From contig JAFNIV010000002.1 of the NCBI GenBank assembly GCA_017601145.1, positions 23,926 to 87,925 on the forward strand: a stretch of 64,000 bases of DNA, written 5' to 3'. The notes under the pieces were generated by a model, which saw only the letters and a program-made list of their open reading frames with translations, was not told the origin of the DNA and did not search any database. The position numbers and the translations under genes are program-made. The first letter of the stretch is position 1; each line of letters starts with the position of its first letter. Positions 1 to 9,179 of this stretch are shown piece after piece. The stretch comes from Candidatus Brockarchaeota archaeon (GTDB lineage: Archaea > Thermoproteota > EX4484-205 > JAAOZO01).

Positions 1-871
1 TAGATATTTTGAGGGCTGCAACAGCATTTGAAAATGTTGTTGTTTCTTCTGTACTCAACCCTCTAAGTATCCCAAAAATTACGCCTGCAGAAAAGCAATC
101 TCCAGCACCTGTATCGTCTATAACTTTAACACTGAATGCTTTAGCACTATAGGTCCTACCATTGTAGTGCGCTAAACAACCTTTTGAACCTCTTTTTATA
201 AAGAAAACTTTTTTCTCTATCTTCGCTATTCTTATTAAAGCATCAGTAAGATTCCTCGATTCAAATATTACTTTTGCTTCTTTTTCGTTCATAGTAACTA
301 CCTTAGAAATTTCAATTGCTTTTCTTGAAGCTTCAATGGCATCCTCTTTTGATTTCCATAAGTCCAGCCGTAAGTTTGAGTCGTAAACTACAACCATATC
401 TTTTCTTAACTTATTTACGAAGTTTATCACTTCCTTAAGTTTCTCCTTTTTTCTTATTGTAGCTTCTGTAAAGTGAAAGACTTTTGCACTTTGAACTTCT
501 TCTACAAGTTCGTTGTCAAAAACTACATAATTTTCTGGATCTGAATAGCCCGGAAACCTATAAAAATAGTAAACTTTCTTTTTTCCTCTGTATTCATAGA
601 AGCTTATGCCTGTTTTTATTCCGCGAATCCTTCTTATGCTCCTTGTAATTACTTTATAACTTCTGAGATCGTTTAACACCTTTTTTCCTATTTCATCATC
701 TCCAACGCAACTTAATAGTCCAACTTTTAAGCCAAGTTTTGAAGCTGCAACAGCAGTATTAGTTGCAGATCCTCCAGAAGTACCAAGATATTCGTTACTT
801 TCCTTTATTCTTTCGTTTAAAGACTTTGGAGATAGCTCTAAAAATGCTGAACCGAAGACGTAGGCATCCAT
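1..871 (-). CDS. PfkB/ribokinase-family carbohydrate kinase (C-terminus runs off the window start; absent from ORF track)
   Basis: Manual translation from ATG at 871: MDAYVFGSAFLELSP...GGSATNTAVAASKLGLKVGLLSCVGDDEIG...VIDDTGAGDCFSAG, showing both PfkB signatures. Confidence 0.9.
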   Translation of the reverse strand, partial: MDAYVFGSAFLELSPKSLNERIKESNEYLGTSGGSATNTAVAASKLGLKVGLLSCVGDDEIGKKVLNDLRSYKVITRSIRRIRGIKTGISFYEYRGKKKVYYFYRFPGYSDPENYVVFDNELVEEVQSAKVFHFTEATIRKKEKLKEVINFVNKLRKDMVVVYDSNLRLDLWKSKEDAIEASRKAIEISKVVTMNEKEAKVIFESRNLTDALIRIAKIEKKVFFIKRGSKGCLAHYNGRTYSAKAFSVKVIDDTGAGDCFSAGVIFGILRGLSTEETTTFSNAVAALKIS

Positions 872-940
872 CTTTACAAAAGTATAGTTACAAAAATTTA
901 GAAATACAAGCACAAATCTATATAAGTAAAATAAATCATT

Positions 941-1981
941 TTACTCGATTTTTACTTCTTTGTTCTTTTCAGCTGAAGCATAGATTGCATCTATTATCTT
1001 CATGATTGTTAGTCCTTCCTCTGGAGCTGTAAGCAGTGCTTCTTTTCCTTTTATAACATTAACAAAATGTTCTATTTCTCTCTTGTAGGGATCAACATGT
1101 TGGCAAACAAGATTCTTTTCTACGATGTTTCCATCTTCAATTTCTGTAATTATTTTAGGCGGATTATATGATACTCCAGCTTTGTTTCCAAATATGTTCA
1201 CGTTAAAGGTTTCATCAGTATAAGTTGCCCAGCTAACTTGAACATACAAAGTTATCCCTTTTTCAAATTCTACTAATCCGACAGCTAGGTCTTCAACATC
1301 AAATGGTCCTCCTGGTTCTGGAATTCCCCATCCTCCAAGTCCCTTATTTTGGACTCCTATCTTAGAAAAAGTATATCCTTTTGCAGATTTAGGTTTTGGA
1401 AATCCAATTAACCAAGTTGCTAAATCAATCATATGTGGTCCTAAATCTATAAGTGGTCCCCCTCCTGAGTATTTCTTTGTAGTAAACCAGCTGCCCATGC
1501 CTGGAATACCAAGCCTCCTAAGAAGGTCGGCCTTAGAAAAATATATTTCTCCAAGTTCTCCTTGTTCTATAAGTCTCTTAAGCACTTGGGCCTCAGAAGT
1601 AAACCTTTGAGTCATTCCAAGCATAAGTACCTTCTTATATTTCCTATAAGCTTCTACCATTTTTTCGGCTTCCTTAGAATTTATAGCCATTGGCTTTTCG
1701 CACAAGACATTTGTTCCCTTTGATAATGCATAAACTGTAACACTAGAATGTAAGTAATTTGGAACCGCTACAACAATTCCGTCAGGTTGTTCTTTATCTA
1801 TCATTTCTTCATAGCTTGTATAGATTTTACTTACTTTTGTTTCTTCACCTAGGCTCTTAGCTCTTTCTTCTTTTATATCACAAATTGCTACTAACTCAGC
1901 ATCTTTAGTTACTTTTACATTCCTTGCATGAATTCTTCCTATACTTCCTGCACCAACTAAGGCTATTCTTACTTTCTCCAT
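941..1981 (-). CDS. Gfo/Idh/MocA family NAD(P)-dependent oxidoreductase
   Basis: GAGSIG Rossmann motif, CEKPMA, GGGPLIDLGPHMID. Confidence 0.92.
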   Translation of the reverse strand: MEKVRIALVGAGSIGRIHARNVKVTKDAELVAICDIKEERAKSLGEETKVSKIYTSYEEMIDKEQPDGIVVAVPNYLHSSVTVYALSKGTNVLCEKPMAINSKEAEKMVEAYRKYKKVLMLGMTQRFTSEAQVLKRLIEQGELGEIYFSKADLLRRLGIPGMGSWFTTKKYSGGGPLIDLGPHMIDLATWLIGFPKPKSAKGYTFSKIGVQNKGLGGWGIPEPGGPFDVEDLAVGLVEFEKGITLYVQVSWATYTDETFNVNIFGNKAGVSYNPPKIITEIEDGNIVEKNLVCQHVDPYKREIEHFVNVIKGKEALLTAPEEGLTIMKIIDAIYASAEKNKEVKIE

Positions 1982-2027
1982 TTTTATTCACACTCTTATA
2001 TGTCTACATAGTGTCGTATTTAACTTT

Positions 2028-2393
2028 TTATTTTGGTAGTGTAGGGCTTACTCTTACTGCTGCATCGAAACCAGAGTACCACTTCTTAATTTCTTCTTCC
2101 CCGTATTTTTCTTTAAATTTCGCTATGACATAATCTACCTCTTTTTTGTTTTTTAAAATTTTGCATTCTCCTAATATTTTCATGTTGTCTACTTCTACTT
2201 CTATTTGAGGGTTTATTGCTACATTTTTAAACCAGTTTGTTTTACTCCCAGAAACGGGGAGAAGCAAGATACTATTGTTTTCAAATACATACCAAACAGG
2301 TGTTGAGATCTTCTTTTTGGTCTTCCTTCCAACAAAAGTAATTTTTATCTCTTCGTTTTTCTTTAAAGCCTCTGCAGCATCTTTCCACGACAT
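2028..2393 (-). CDS. Deazaflavin(F420)/flavin-dependent split-barrel oxidoreductase (DDN-like)
   Basis: GRKTKKKISTPVWYV and NWFKNVAINPQIEV resemble the DDN/DUF385 GR.SG..R.TP and W..NL.ANP motifs. Confidence 0.7.
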   Translation of the reverse strand: MSWKDAAEALKKNEEIKITFVGRKTKKKISTPVWYVFENNSILLLPVSGSKTNWFKNVAINPQIEVEVDNMKILGECKILKNKKEVDYVIAKFKEKYGEEEIKKWYSGFDAAVRVSPTLPK

Positions 2394-2433
2394 AAATAAT
2401 ATTATTTTTCTAAACTTTTTAAGTCTTTTGATA

Positions 2434-2925
2434 CTAAGTATTTTTTCTAATTTTGTCTATAACTTCTTGCCAATTTTTTACATCAACACCAAACTTAAGA
2501 AATTTTACATTACCAACTTTTTCTTTTATTTTACTTAAGTGTATGTCTCTATCGTCAATATACAAGATTTCATTTGGAGAAATGTTTATCCCCTTTTCGC
2601 TTAAGTTCCTTATTATTTTTTGTATCATTAAGTGCTTATTTGGATGAGGCTCTGCTATAGGAAAAACAAAGTACTTTTCTATTCCAAATAAAGATAAAAG
2701 TTTAAAAACGTTTTCTGGTTCATTCCAGCTTGCCAACGATACTATTATTCCTTTTTTACTAGTTAACTCTAAAAATTCTATTAGTTTTTCGTTTAACTTT
2801 ACCTTTACTCCGTTTACATCCTCAGCTATTTCTTTTGACACAAGTTTAAATGGACTTCTAAGTTCGGTAACGTTGTGATGATCCCATATTGTTTTATCTG
2901 CATCGAGAATAATAAGCTTTATCAT
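2434..2925 (-). CDS. Magnesium-dependent phosphatase-1 (HAD subfamily IIIC)
   Basis: LDADKTIWDH motif I, SLASWN, EPHPNK, YIDDR. Confidence 0.9.
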   Translation of the reverse strand: MIKLIILDADKTIWDHHNVTELRSPFKLVSKEIAEDVNGVKVKLNEKLIEFLELTSKKGIIVSLASWNEPENVFKLLSLFGIEKYFVFPIAEPHPNKHLMIQKIIRNLSEKGINISPNEILYIDDRDIHLSKIKEKVGNVKFLKFGVDVKNWQEVIDKIRKNT

Positions 2926-2986
2926 TTTTATATATCTATTCTATAGGTTATACGGTTTCAAACTCATACTTTAGTTAAAGACAACT

Positions 2987-3562
2987 TTAACCTAGCAACT
3001 TCCTTATCTCTTCGAATACTGTTGGTATTGCTCCCTTTTTCTTCATTTCATCTATAGCAAATTCACTATCTTTAGGGTTAACGTTAACCCCCCTTATGGC
3101 ATCAACCAACAAGTAAGTCTTAAAGTTTAGCTTTAAGGCATCTAGTACTGTATTCTTAACGCAGTAATCTGTAGCTAAGCCCCCAACGAAAACTTTTTCA
3201 ATTTTAAGCTCCTTTAATAGTTCTTGTAGTCCAGTGTTCTCAAATCCAGAATAAGCTTCTTTGTCTCTTTCATTTGCTTTAGATACAACAATTGCTATGC
3301 TTGGAAAATTTAGTTTAGGGTGAAATTCTGCTCCAAGTGTGTTCTTTATGCAATGGGGCGGCCAAGGTCCGCCTCTTTCCTTGAACGATATATGGTCTGA
3401 TGGGTGCCAATCTCTTGTGAAGACTATAATATTTTTTGTTGCTTCAAAAACCTCTATGTATTTATTCAGAGGCTCTACAACTTTATCCCCTTCTGGTACT
3501 TCTAAGGCTCCACCCTTACAAAAATCCCTTTGAACGTCCACTACTATTAAAGCGTTCTTCAT
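2987..3562 (-). CDS. pncA: Nicotinamidase/pyrazinamidase
   Basis: VDVQRDF, DWHP, WPPHC, AYSGF, GLATDYCV. Confidence 0.93.
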   Translation of the reverse strand: MKNALIVVDVQRDFCKGGALEVPEGDKVVEPLNKYIEVFEATKNIIVFTRDWHPSDHISFKERGGPWPPHCIKNTLGAEFHPKLNFPSIAIVVSKANERDKEAYSGFENTGLQELLKELKIEKVFVGGLATDYCVKNTVLDALKLNFKTYLLVDAIRGVNVNPKDSEFAIDEMKKKGAIPTVFEEIRKLLG

Positions 3563-3696
3563 TCCTTTTCATCACTTTATGTTATAAAAATTATATTTTA
3601 GCTTTTCTTTTTAATCGTACTGTTTTATTAAAATAAAAGCATTAAGGAAAAGATTAATAATTAACTAAATTCCCTTCCAATTTTGCGATTAGAAGG

Positions 3697-4584
3697 TTGC
3701 AATCAAATAAACGTAGGAAAAATGAGCAAATTCCAGTATTTTTAGGTAAAGAAAATACAGATGATTTTATTAGAATAATCTCAAAAGAAGCAACCTTCAA
3801 AAGATTACCAAATTCAAATGAGTTTGAGCTTCTGAGAGGTGTTATAGATAGTTCTCTTATCATACTCTATGTAACTGGAAAACTTGTTTATCAGAAGAAT
3901 GAAAAAATTAGAAAACTTATTGAATTCTTATTTTACGAAAAGTTTAAGGACGAAAGTACAACTGTTGGTTCAGACGAGGCTGGTAAGGGCGAGATTGTTG
4001 GTCCTTTGGTAACAGCAGCTGTTGCTCTAACACCAAAACAAGCTGCTTACTTAAGTTCGGTTGGAGTTACTGATAGTAAACTGATTCCAGATAATAGAAT
4101 TGAAATGTTAGCAAAAGAAATAATTCATAATTGTCAGGCAAGCTCTACGTTATCTATTTATCCGATGAAATTTAACATTTTACTCAAAAATTATTCTTCA
4201 AAGGGGCTTGGGTTGAATGATATTTTGGCTTTAGCCCACTCCATAGTTATAAGAAGAGTAGTCTTAAAGCTAAAAGAAAAAAGCTACAGTATAGTCATAG
4301 ATGAATTTGATAGCTCAAAAAGTAAGGGGAAAATAAAATGGATCGTAGAAAAACTAAGAGCGCCCAACGTTCATTCGTTTACAAAGGCAGAGTCAGTACC
4401 AGCAGTAGCTTCAGCAAGTATACTTGCTAGGTACAAGTACTTGAAATGGGTAAGTAAGAACTTAAGTAAAGAAGAACTTGAAGAGTTAAGAAGGGATCCT
4501 ACAAGTTATGCAAGCAAAGTTAATTATAGTCCTTCGTTGTTTAAGCTAGCTTATTTCCATTCTTCTTTTAAAAATAATTTTTAG
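3697..4584 (+). CDS. rnhC: Ribonuclease HIII-type (type 2 RNase H with N-terminal TBP-like domain)
   Basis: GSDEAGKG.IVGPL, GVTDSK, IVIDEF, KAES..AVASASILAR; N-terminal LYVTGKLVYQ segment typical of HIII. TTG start is uncertain. Confidence 0.75.
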   Translation: MQSNKRRKNEQIPVFLGKENTDDFIRIISKEATFKRLPNSNEFELLRGVIDSSLIILYVTGKLVYQKNEKIRKLIEFLFYEKFKDESTTVGSDEAGKGEIVGPLVTAAVALTPKQAAYLSSVGVTDSKLIPDNRIEMLAKEIIHNCQASSTLSIYPMKFNILLKNYSSKGLGLNDILALAHSIVIRRVVLKLKEKSYSIVIDEFDSSKSKGKIKWIVEKLRAPNVHSFTKAESVPAVASASILARYKYLKWVSKNLSKEELEELRRDPTSYASKVNYSPSLFKLAYFHSSFKNNF

Positions 4585-4860
4585 TACTCTTTAAGTTAAG
4601 ACCTAATATAGCCTTAATTATTATTTTTCGTATTTTTGGCTCTTTTTGAAAAAATGCTTCATTTTTTAGGTCAAAAACCAAAAAACTCATTTTTCTTAAT
4701 GCTTTATACTTTCCTGTTGTTACTTTTGTAATTAATCAAAAAATTACTTACATTTTTAACTTTATATTAAATTATCGTAAAAAAATCTAAAATAAGCGAT
4801 TTTTAGGCAAAAATAGAGAAACATTTAAATTTACATCCAATATTTAATGGAATTGGAAAA

Positions 4861-5259
4861 ATGATGGATTACCTCGGAACACAAATAATTGCTGAATTAT
4901 TTAAGTGCAAGCCCAAGCGTCTCAACAGTTTAGCTACTGTGAAAAAGGCGATGCTCGAGGCAGCAAAAGCCTCGAACTCTACAGTAGTAAGGAGCGTCTT
5001 TCATAAGTTCAGTCCACAAGGAATCTCTGGAGTTGTTGTAGTTGCAGAATCGCACTTAGCTATTCATACTTGGCCAGAGTATGGATATGCTGCTGTAGAT
5101 GTTTTTACTTGTGGCAAGCATACAAAACCAGAAGAAGGCCTAAAAGTTTTAGCTAAGTTCCTAGGTGCAAGAAGAATTAAGTTCAAAAAGATAAAGAGAG
5201 GCATACTAAGTGAAGTAGAAGATGATGGTAGGAAGTTATTACTTAACCCCAACAAGTGA
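4861..5259 (+). CDS. speD: Pyruvoyl-dependent S-adenosylmethionine decarboxylase proenzyme (class 1B)
   Basis: FSPQGISGVVVVAE|SHLAIHTWPEYGYAAVDVFTCG; adjacent to speE. Confidence 0.9.
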   Translation: MMDYLGTQIIAELFKCKPKRLNSLATVKKAMLEAAKASNSTVVRSVFHKFSPQGISGVVVVAESHLAIHTWPEYGYAAVDVFTCGKHTKPEEGLKVLAKFLGARRIKFKKIKRGILSEVEDDGRKLLLNPNK

Positions 5260-6154
5260 TAATTTTTTTCAACTTATTCCTCTTAAAAGGATATTGTACT
5301 CAAAGGAGAGTAAGTACCAAAGGATTGAAATAGTAGAAACAGCTAAAGGAGTAGCTCTCGTACTAGATGGGCTAGTCCAGATTCACGAAGATGATGAGTA
5401 TATTTATCATGAGTCTCTAGTTCATCCAACTTTGATTGGTATTGATCGTCCAAGGAATGCGCTTATAATTGGAGGCGGCGACGGATGTGCTGCAAGAGAG
5501 CTTTTAAAGGACGTTGATATAAAGAAAATTACATTAGTTGATCTTGACAAAGATGTAATAGAAGTTAGCAAAAAATTCTTAAGAAAAATAAATGAAGGCT
5601 CGTTAGAGAACAAAAAAGTAAAGATAGTGGTAGGTGATGGAAGAAAGTTTTTGGAAGAAACTGAGGATAATTACGATGTTATTGTTGTAGATGCTACAGA
5701 TCCTACTCCTTCTGGACCTTCTCTACTTCTTTACTCAAAACAATTCTATGAATTAGCTAGAAGTAAATTGGAAGACGGCGGTGCTTTGGTAACACAAGCA
5801 ACAGTTTTTGGGTCTAACCAATATGTAAGAATATATTCAACAGTAAAGAAAGTTTTTGGTAATGCCGTTTGTTCTCATTCTTTTGTGAAGTCGTTTGGAG
5901 ATGAATGGGGCTTCGTAACAGCTATTAAAAATAGAAAAAGTGTGACAAAAGAAAAAAATGAGGTTAGACTATGGATTAAAAATAAGTTAAGAAAAACTCT
6001 TAAGTACCTAAACGAAGAAACTTATGTTGCAAACTTTTCTATTTCAAATAAAGTAAAGAAAAGAATCGATAAAGGCTCAAAAATCATAGAGGATTCTGAA
6101 GCAATCCAAGTTAAAACATCCAAAGTTTCAAGTATTTGGGCATTCGAAGAATAA
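5222..6154 (+). CDS. speE: Polyamine aminopropyltransferase (spermidine synthase family)
   Basis: SKYQ.I, LDG..Q, YHESLVHP, IIGGGDG, VDATDP. Confidence 0.9.
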   Translation: MMVGSYYLTPTSDNFFQLIPLKRILYSKESKYQRIEIVETAKGVALVLDGLVQIHEDDEYIYHESLVHPTLIGIDRPRNALIIGGGDGCAARELLKDVDIKKITLVDLDKDVIEVSKKFLRKINEGSLENKKVKIVVGDGRKFLEETEDNYDVIVVDATDPTPSGPSLLLYSKQFYELARSKLEDGGALVTQATVFGSNQYVRIYSTVKKVFGNAVCSHSFVKSFGDEWGFVTAIKNRKSVTKEKNEVRLWIKNKLRKTLKYLNEETYVANFSISNKVKKRIDKGSKIIEDSEAIQVKTSKVSSIWAFEE

Positions 6155-6459
6155 TCAAAAATATATCTAAAAGACTCATTTTAGAAGAAAGAACAACATT
6201 CTATAAAAATATAAAATTTCTGAGTAGTCTATAAACCTTTATGTAACTCAGATAAAGCCAATTTCCTTGAAACTTTATATACTTCTTTGGAATGTAGCCT
6301 TCTAAATCCTTTTAGGATTTTCCAGAGATTTAGACAAAACTGATGAGTATATACCCAAATAGTTGTGAGCTGTCTTTTACTTCTCAAAACCTTTAGCTTA
6401 TTAAACTAAGCCTAACTTCTGCATTCCTTCTTAGCTTTACATGAATTTTGACAAGAAAG

Positions 6460-6731
6460 CCTCTTCAGCAGTTTCAAAATAGAAAAGTTTAAGTAGTGGT
6501 CTAACTCCCTTAACTCTTTGATAGAAGAAGAACTCTTACGCCCTCTCTGTTCTGGAAGCATGGCTTCCTATGAGGGCAGGTTGATGAAATGCGAAGATAG
6601 AGACATAGTAGTAGTATTGAACCTTCAGATTCGGGGAGAAGGGTTCCCCCAAAGAGCCCTCGATGAAATAATTGAGAGGGAAGGGTTAAGTAGGAATGAA
6701 ACATCATCTATCTCTACTTAACTCAGAACCC
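6460..6731 (+). mobile_element. Non-autonomous IS607-family deletion derivative retaining the tnpB 3' end
   Basis: ORF 6518-6721 reads PLCSGSMASYEGRLMKCE-DRDIVVVLNL, a broken TnpB zinc ribbon plus RuvC-III DRD..A..N. Left end cttcagcagtttcaaaataga (6463-6483) and right end tcagaaccctta (6723-6734) are identical to the ends of the element at 57734-57986. Confidence 0.8.
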
Positions 6732-6759
6732 TTAGTTTAATAGAGTTTTGAATTTATGT

Positions 6760-6825
6760 AATTTGAACAAGCTGCTCAGCCTCAAGAACCGAAGATCTCC
6801 AGAATTTAGTCGTGGAGAGTATCAA
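6760..6825 (+). mobile_element. Isolated, decayed IS200/IS605 right-end fragment
   Basis: gatctccagaatttagtcgtggagagtatcaa resembles the IS605 right-end hairpin (atctccacgactttagtcgtggag) followed by a TCAA cleavage motif. Confidence 0.55.
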
Positions 6826-6974
6826 TATCACTAATTAAGGTTATTAGTTAAATTAAAATATCTCATTAACTTTAATAAATTCTTATGGTTTGTAACAAAT
6901 GTAACTATTTTACTTATTAAGATATAAAATACATTGGTAGTTTAAAGAAAACTTTTTATTGAAAAGAAAACAAG

Positions 6975-9119
6975 TTGTGCGAGAGAATGACTGAGCTAAA
7001 TGAAGTAATAACTAAACTCCTTAGACCAAACAGTATAGCAGTTATAGGAGCTGCAAGAGAGCCAGAGAAAATAGGTCATGTTGTAGTAAAAAATATCTTA
7101 GAAAGTTCTTTTCCAAAAGAAAAAGTTTTTCCTATAAACCCAAACGCAGATGAAATTCTGGGCTTAAAGTGTTATAAGTCTATCAAAGATGTTCCATATA
7201 GCATTGACTTAGCAATCATAGTTGTTCCTGCAAAAATAGTACCTCAAGTGCTTAAAGAAAGTGTAGAAAAAGGTGTAAAAGCAATTGCTATAATTTCCGC
7301 AGGATTTAAAGAAATAGGCAACGTAAAAGAGGAGCTGGAGCTTGTTGAAATTGCAAGGAATGGAAGTGCAAGGATTTTAGGCCCCAACATAGTTGGAGTG
7401 GCAGATACAGTGAAAAAAGTGAATGCAGGCTTTATACAGCAGTTACCCAAGCAAGGAAAGATTGCTTTTATCAGTCAAAGTGGGGCTTTAGCAATAGGCT
7501 TAGCAGGCTGGACTTCACTGAAACAAATTGGTCTATCTGACTTAGTTAGTATAGGTAACAAAGCGGACTTAAATGAAGTTGACTTCATAGAATACTTTGG
7601 AGATGACAAGTGTACTAAGGTTATAACTTTATACTTAGAAGGTATAGATGATGGACAACGATTCCTAAAGGTTTCTAAGGAGGTAAGTAAAAAGAAGCCA
7701 ATAATAGTACTGAAACCAGGGAAAGCACAAAGAACTTCGCAAGCAATAAAGTCTCACACTGGCTCTTTAGCTGGTTCAGATATAGCTTATGAAGTGGCTT
7801 TTAAACAAGCTGGAGTAATACGAGCACCTACGATAGTTGAGCTCTTTGATTGGGCCACTGCATTCGACTTGCTTCCATTACCTCATGGTGAAAATTCTGT
7901 CATTTTAACAAATGGAGGTGGAGCTGGAGTTATGGCAACGGATGCTGCTGAAGAGTTTGAAGTAAAGCTTATGGATATTCCAAAGGACTTAGCAGAAAAC
8001 CTTAGGAAATTTATGCCTCCTTTTGGTAGCGTATATAATCCAGTTGACCTAACTGGAATGGCTTCTTCAAATGATTATGAAGGAGCACTAAAGGCACTAT
8101 TAGAAGATGAAAGAGTCGATAACGTAATAGTACTATATTGTCATACGGCGCAAACTAATCCATTAGATGTAGCAAATGCTATCATAAGGGCAAAAAGTTC
8201 ACTAAACAACGGAAAACCAATAACTGCATCTTTCATTGGAGGAAAAGAATGCGATGATGCCATAAAATTACTTATTTCAAATGGAATTCCAGCTTACGAC
8301 ATACCTGAAAAAGCGGTTTCTTCCCTTGGCCAACTACTAAAATACAATAGGTTCTTAGAAAAACAGAAATTAACAATAAAGGAACAAGAAGTTAAAGTAG
8401 ATAAGAATAAAGCAGAAAAAATAATAAAAGCTGTGTTAAAGGAAAAAAGAAATATACTTCTTCCCTCTGAAGCTGCTGAACTTGCAGAATCATATGGCAT
8501 ACCCGTAGTTAGTAAAGTCAGAGTAAGTAACATAGAAGAAGCAATAAAAGCTGCAAATAAAGTTGGATATCCTGTAGTTTTAGAAGTAGAGTCTCCAAAT
8601 ATACTTCATAAAGTTGATGTTGGAGGAATCATACTTAATGTTAAAGACCAAGATGAAGTAAAACAAGCGTATGAAAAGATTATGGCAAGCGTGAAACAAA
8701 AGGCACCAAACGCTGAGATAAGAGGAATACTTGTTAGAAAGATGGTTCCGCAAGGGAGAGAAATAGCCATAGGCGTTCATAGAGATGCTGTCTTTGGTCC
8801 ACTAGTAATGTTTGGAAGTGGTGGTACCTTCATAGAACTTTACAAAGATGTAACTTTCAGGGTTGCGCCGCTCACGAAAGAAGATGCGGAAGAAATGATA
8901 AATGAAACTAAAGCATCAAAACTTATTGAAGGTATAAGGGGTGAGAAACCTTCAGATAAAGAAAAAGTTAAAGAAATCATAGTTAGGGTTGCAAAATTAG
9001 CGGAAGACTTCCCAGAAATAGAAGATGTTGATATAAATCCCTTATTCGTTTATGGCGTTGGCGACTATAGTGTCGCAGCTCTTGCTGCTGATGTAAAAGT
9101 AATTTTAAGAAAATCTTAA
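6975..9119 (+). CDS. acdAB: Acetate/acyl-CoA ligase (ADP-forming), fused alpha-beta
   Basis: CoA-binding domain, ILGPN, SQSGAL, phospho-His SHTGSLAG, TNGGGAGV, ATP-grasp HK.DVGG and DINP. Likely start ATG 6987. Confidence 0.9.
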   Translation: MCERMTELNEVITKLLRPNSIAVIGAAREPEKIGHVVVKNILESSFPKEKVFPINPNADEILGLKCYKSIKDVPYSIDLAIIVVPAKIVPQVLKESVEKGVKAIAIISAGFKEIGNVKEELELVEIARNGSARILGPNIVGVADTVKKVNAGFIQQLPKQGKIAFISQSGALAIGLAGWTSLKQIGLSDLVSIGNKADLNEVDFIEYFGDDKCTKVITLYLEGIDDGQRFLKVSKEVSKKKPIIVLKPGKAQRTSQAIKSHTGSLAGSDIAYEVAFKQAGVIRAPTIVELFDWATAFDLLPLPHGENSVILTNGGGAGVMATDAAEEFEVKLMDIPKDLAENLRKFMPPFGSVYNPVDLTGMASSNDYEGALKALLEDERVDNVIVLYCHTAQTNPLDVANAIIRAKSSLNNGKPITASFIGGKECDDAIKLLISNGIPAYDIPEKAVSSLGQLLKYNRFLEKQKLTIKEQEVKVDKNKAEKIIKAVLKEKRNILLPSEAAELAESYGIPVVSKVRVSNIEEAIKAANKVGYPVVLEVESPNILHKVDVGGIILNVKDQDEVKQAYEKIMASVKQKAPNAEIRGILVRKMVPQGREIAIGVHRDAVFGPLVMFGSGGTFIELYKDVTFRVAPLTKEDAEEMINETKASKLIEGIRGEKPSDKEKVKEIIVRVAKLAEDFPEIEDVDINPLFVYGVGDYSVAALAADVKVILRKS

Positions 9120-9179
9120 AACGAAAATAAAATTTTTATTTTTCTGCAAAATTTCATATATTTTTAGTTGCAAACATTA

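Noticed and set aside
6518-6721. 67-aa ORF as a functional protein
   Set aside because: It is a TnpB tail with internal deletions inside an IS607 remnant.
6838-6848. 11-nt match (actaataacct, minus strand) to the 5' end of the predicted guide of the 37164 element
   Set aside because: The match is short and AT-rich, so chance occurrence in 64 kb is plausible. It stops at 11 nt and the upstream TTTA does not align cleanly with the candidate TAM.
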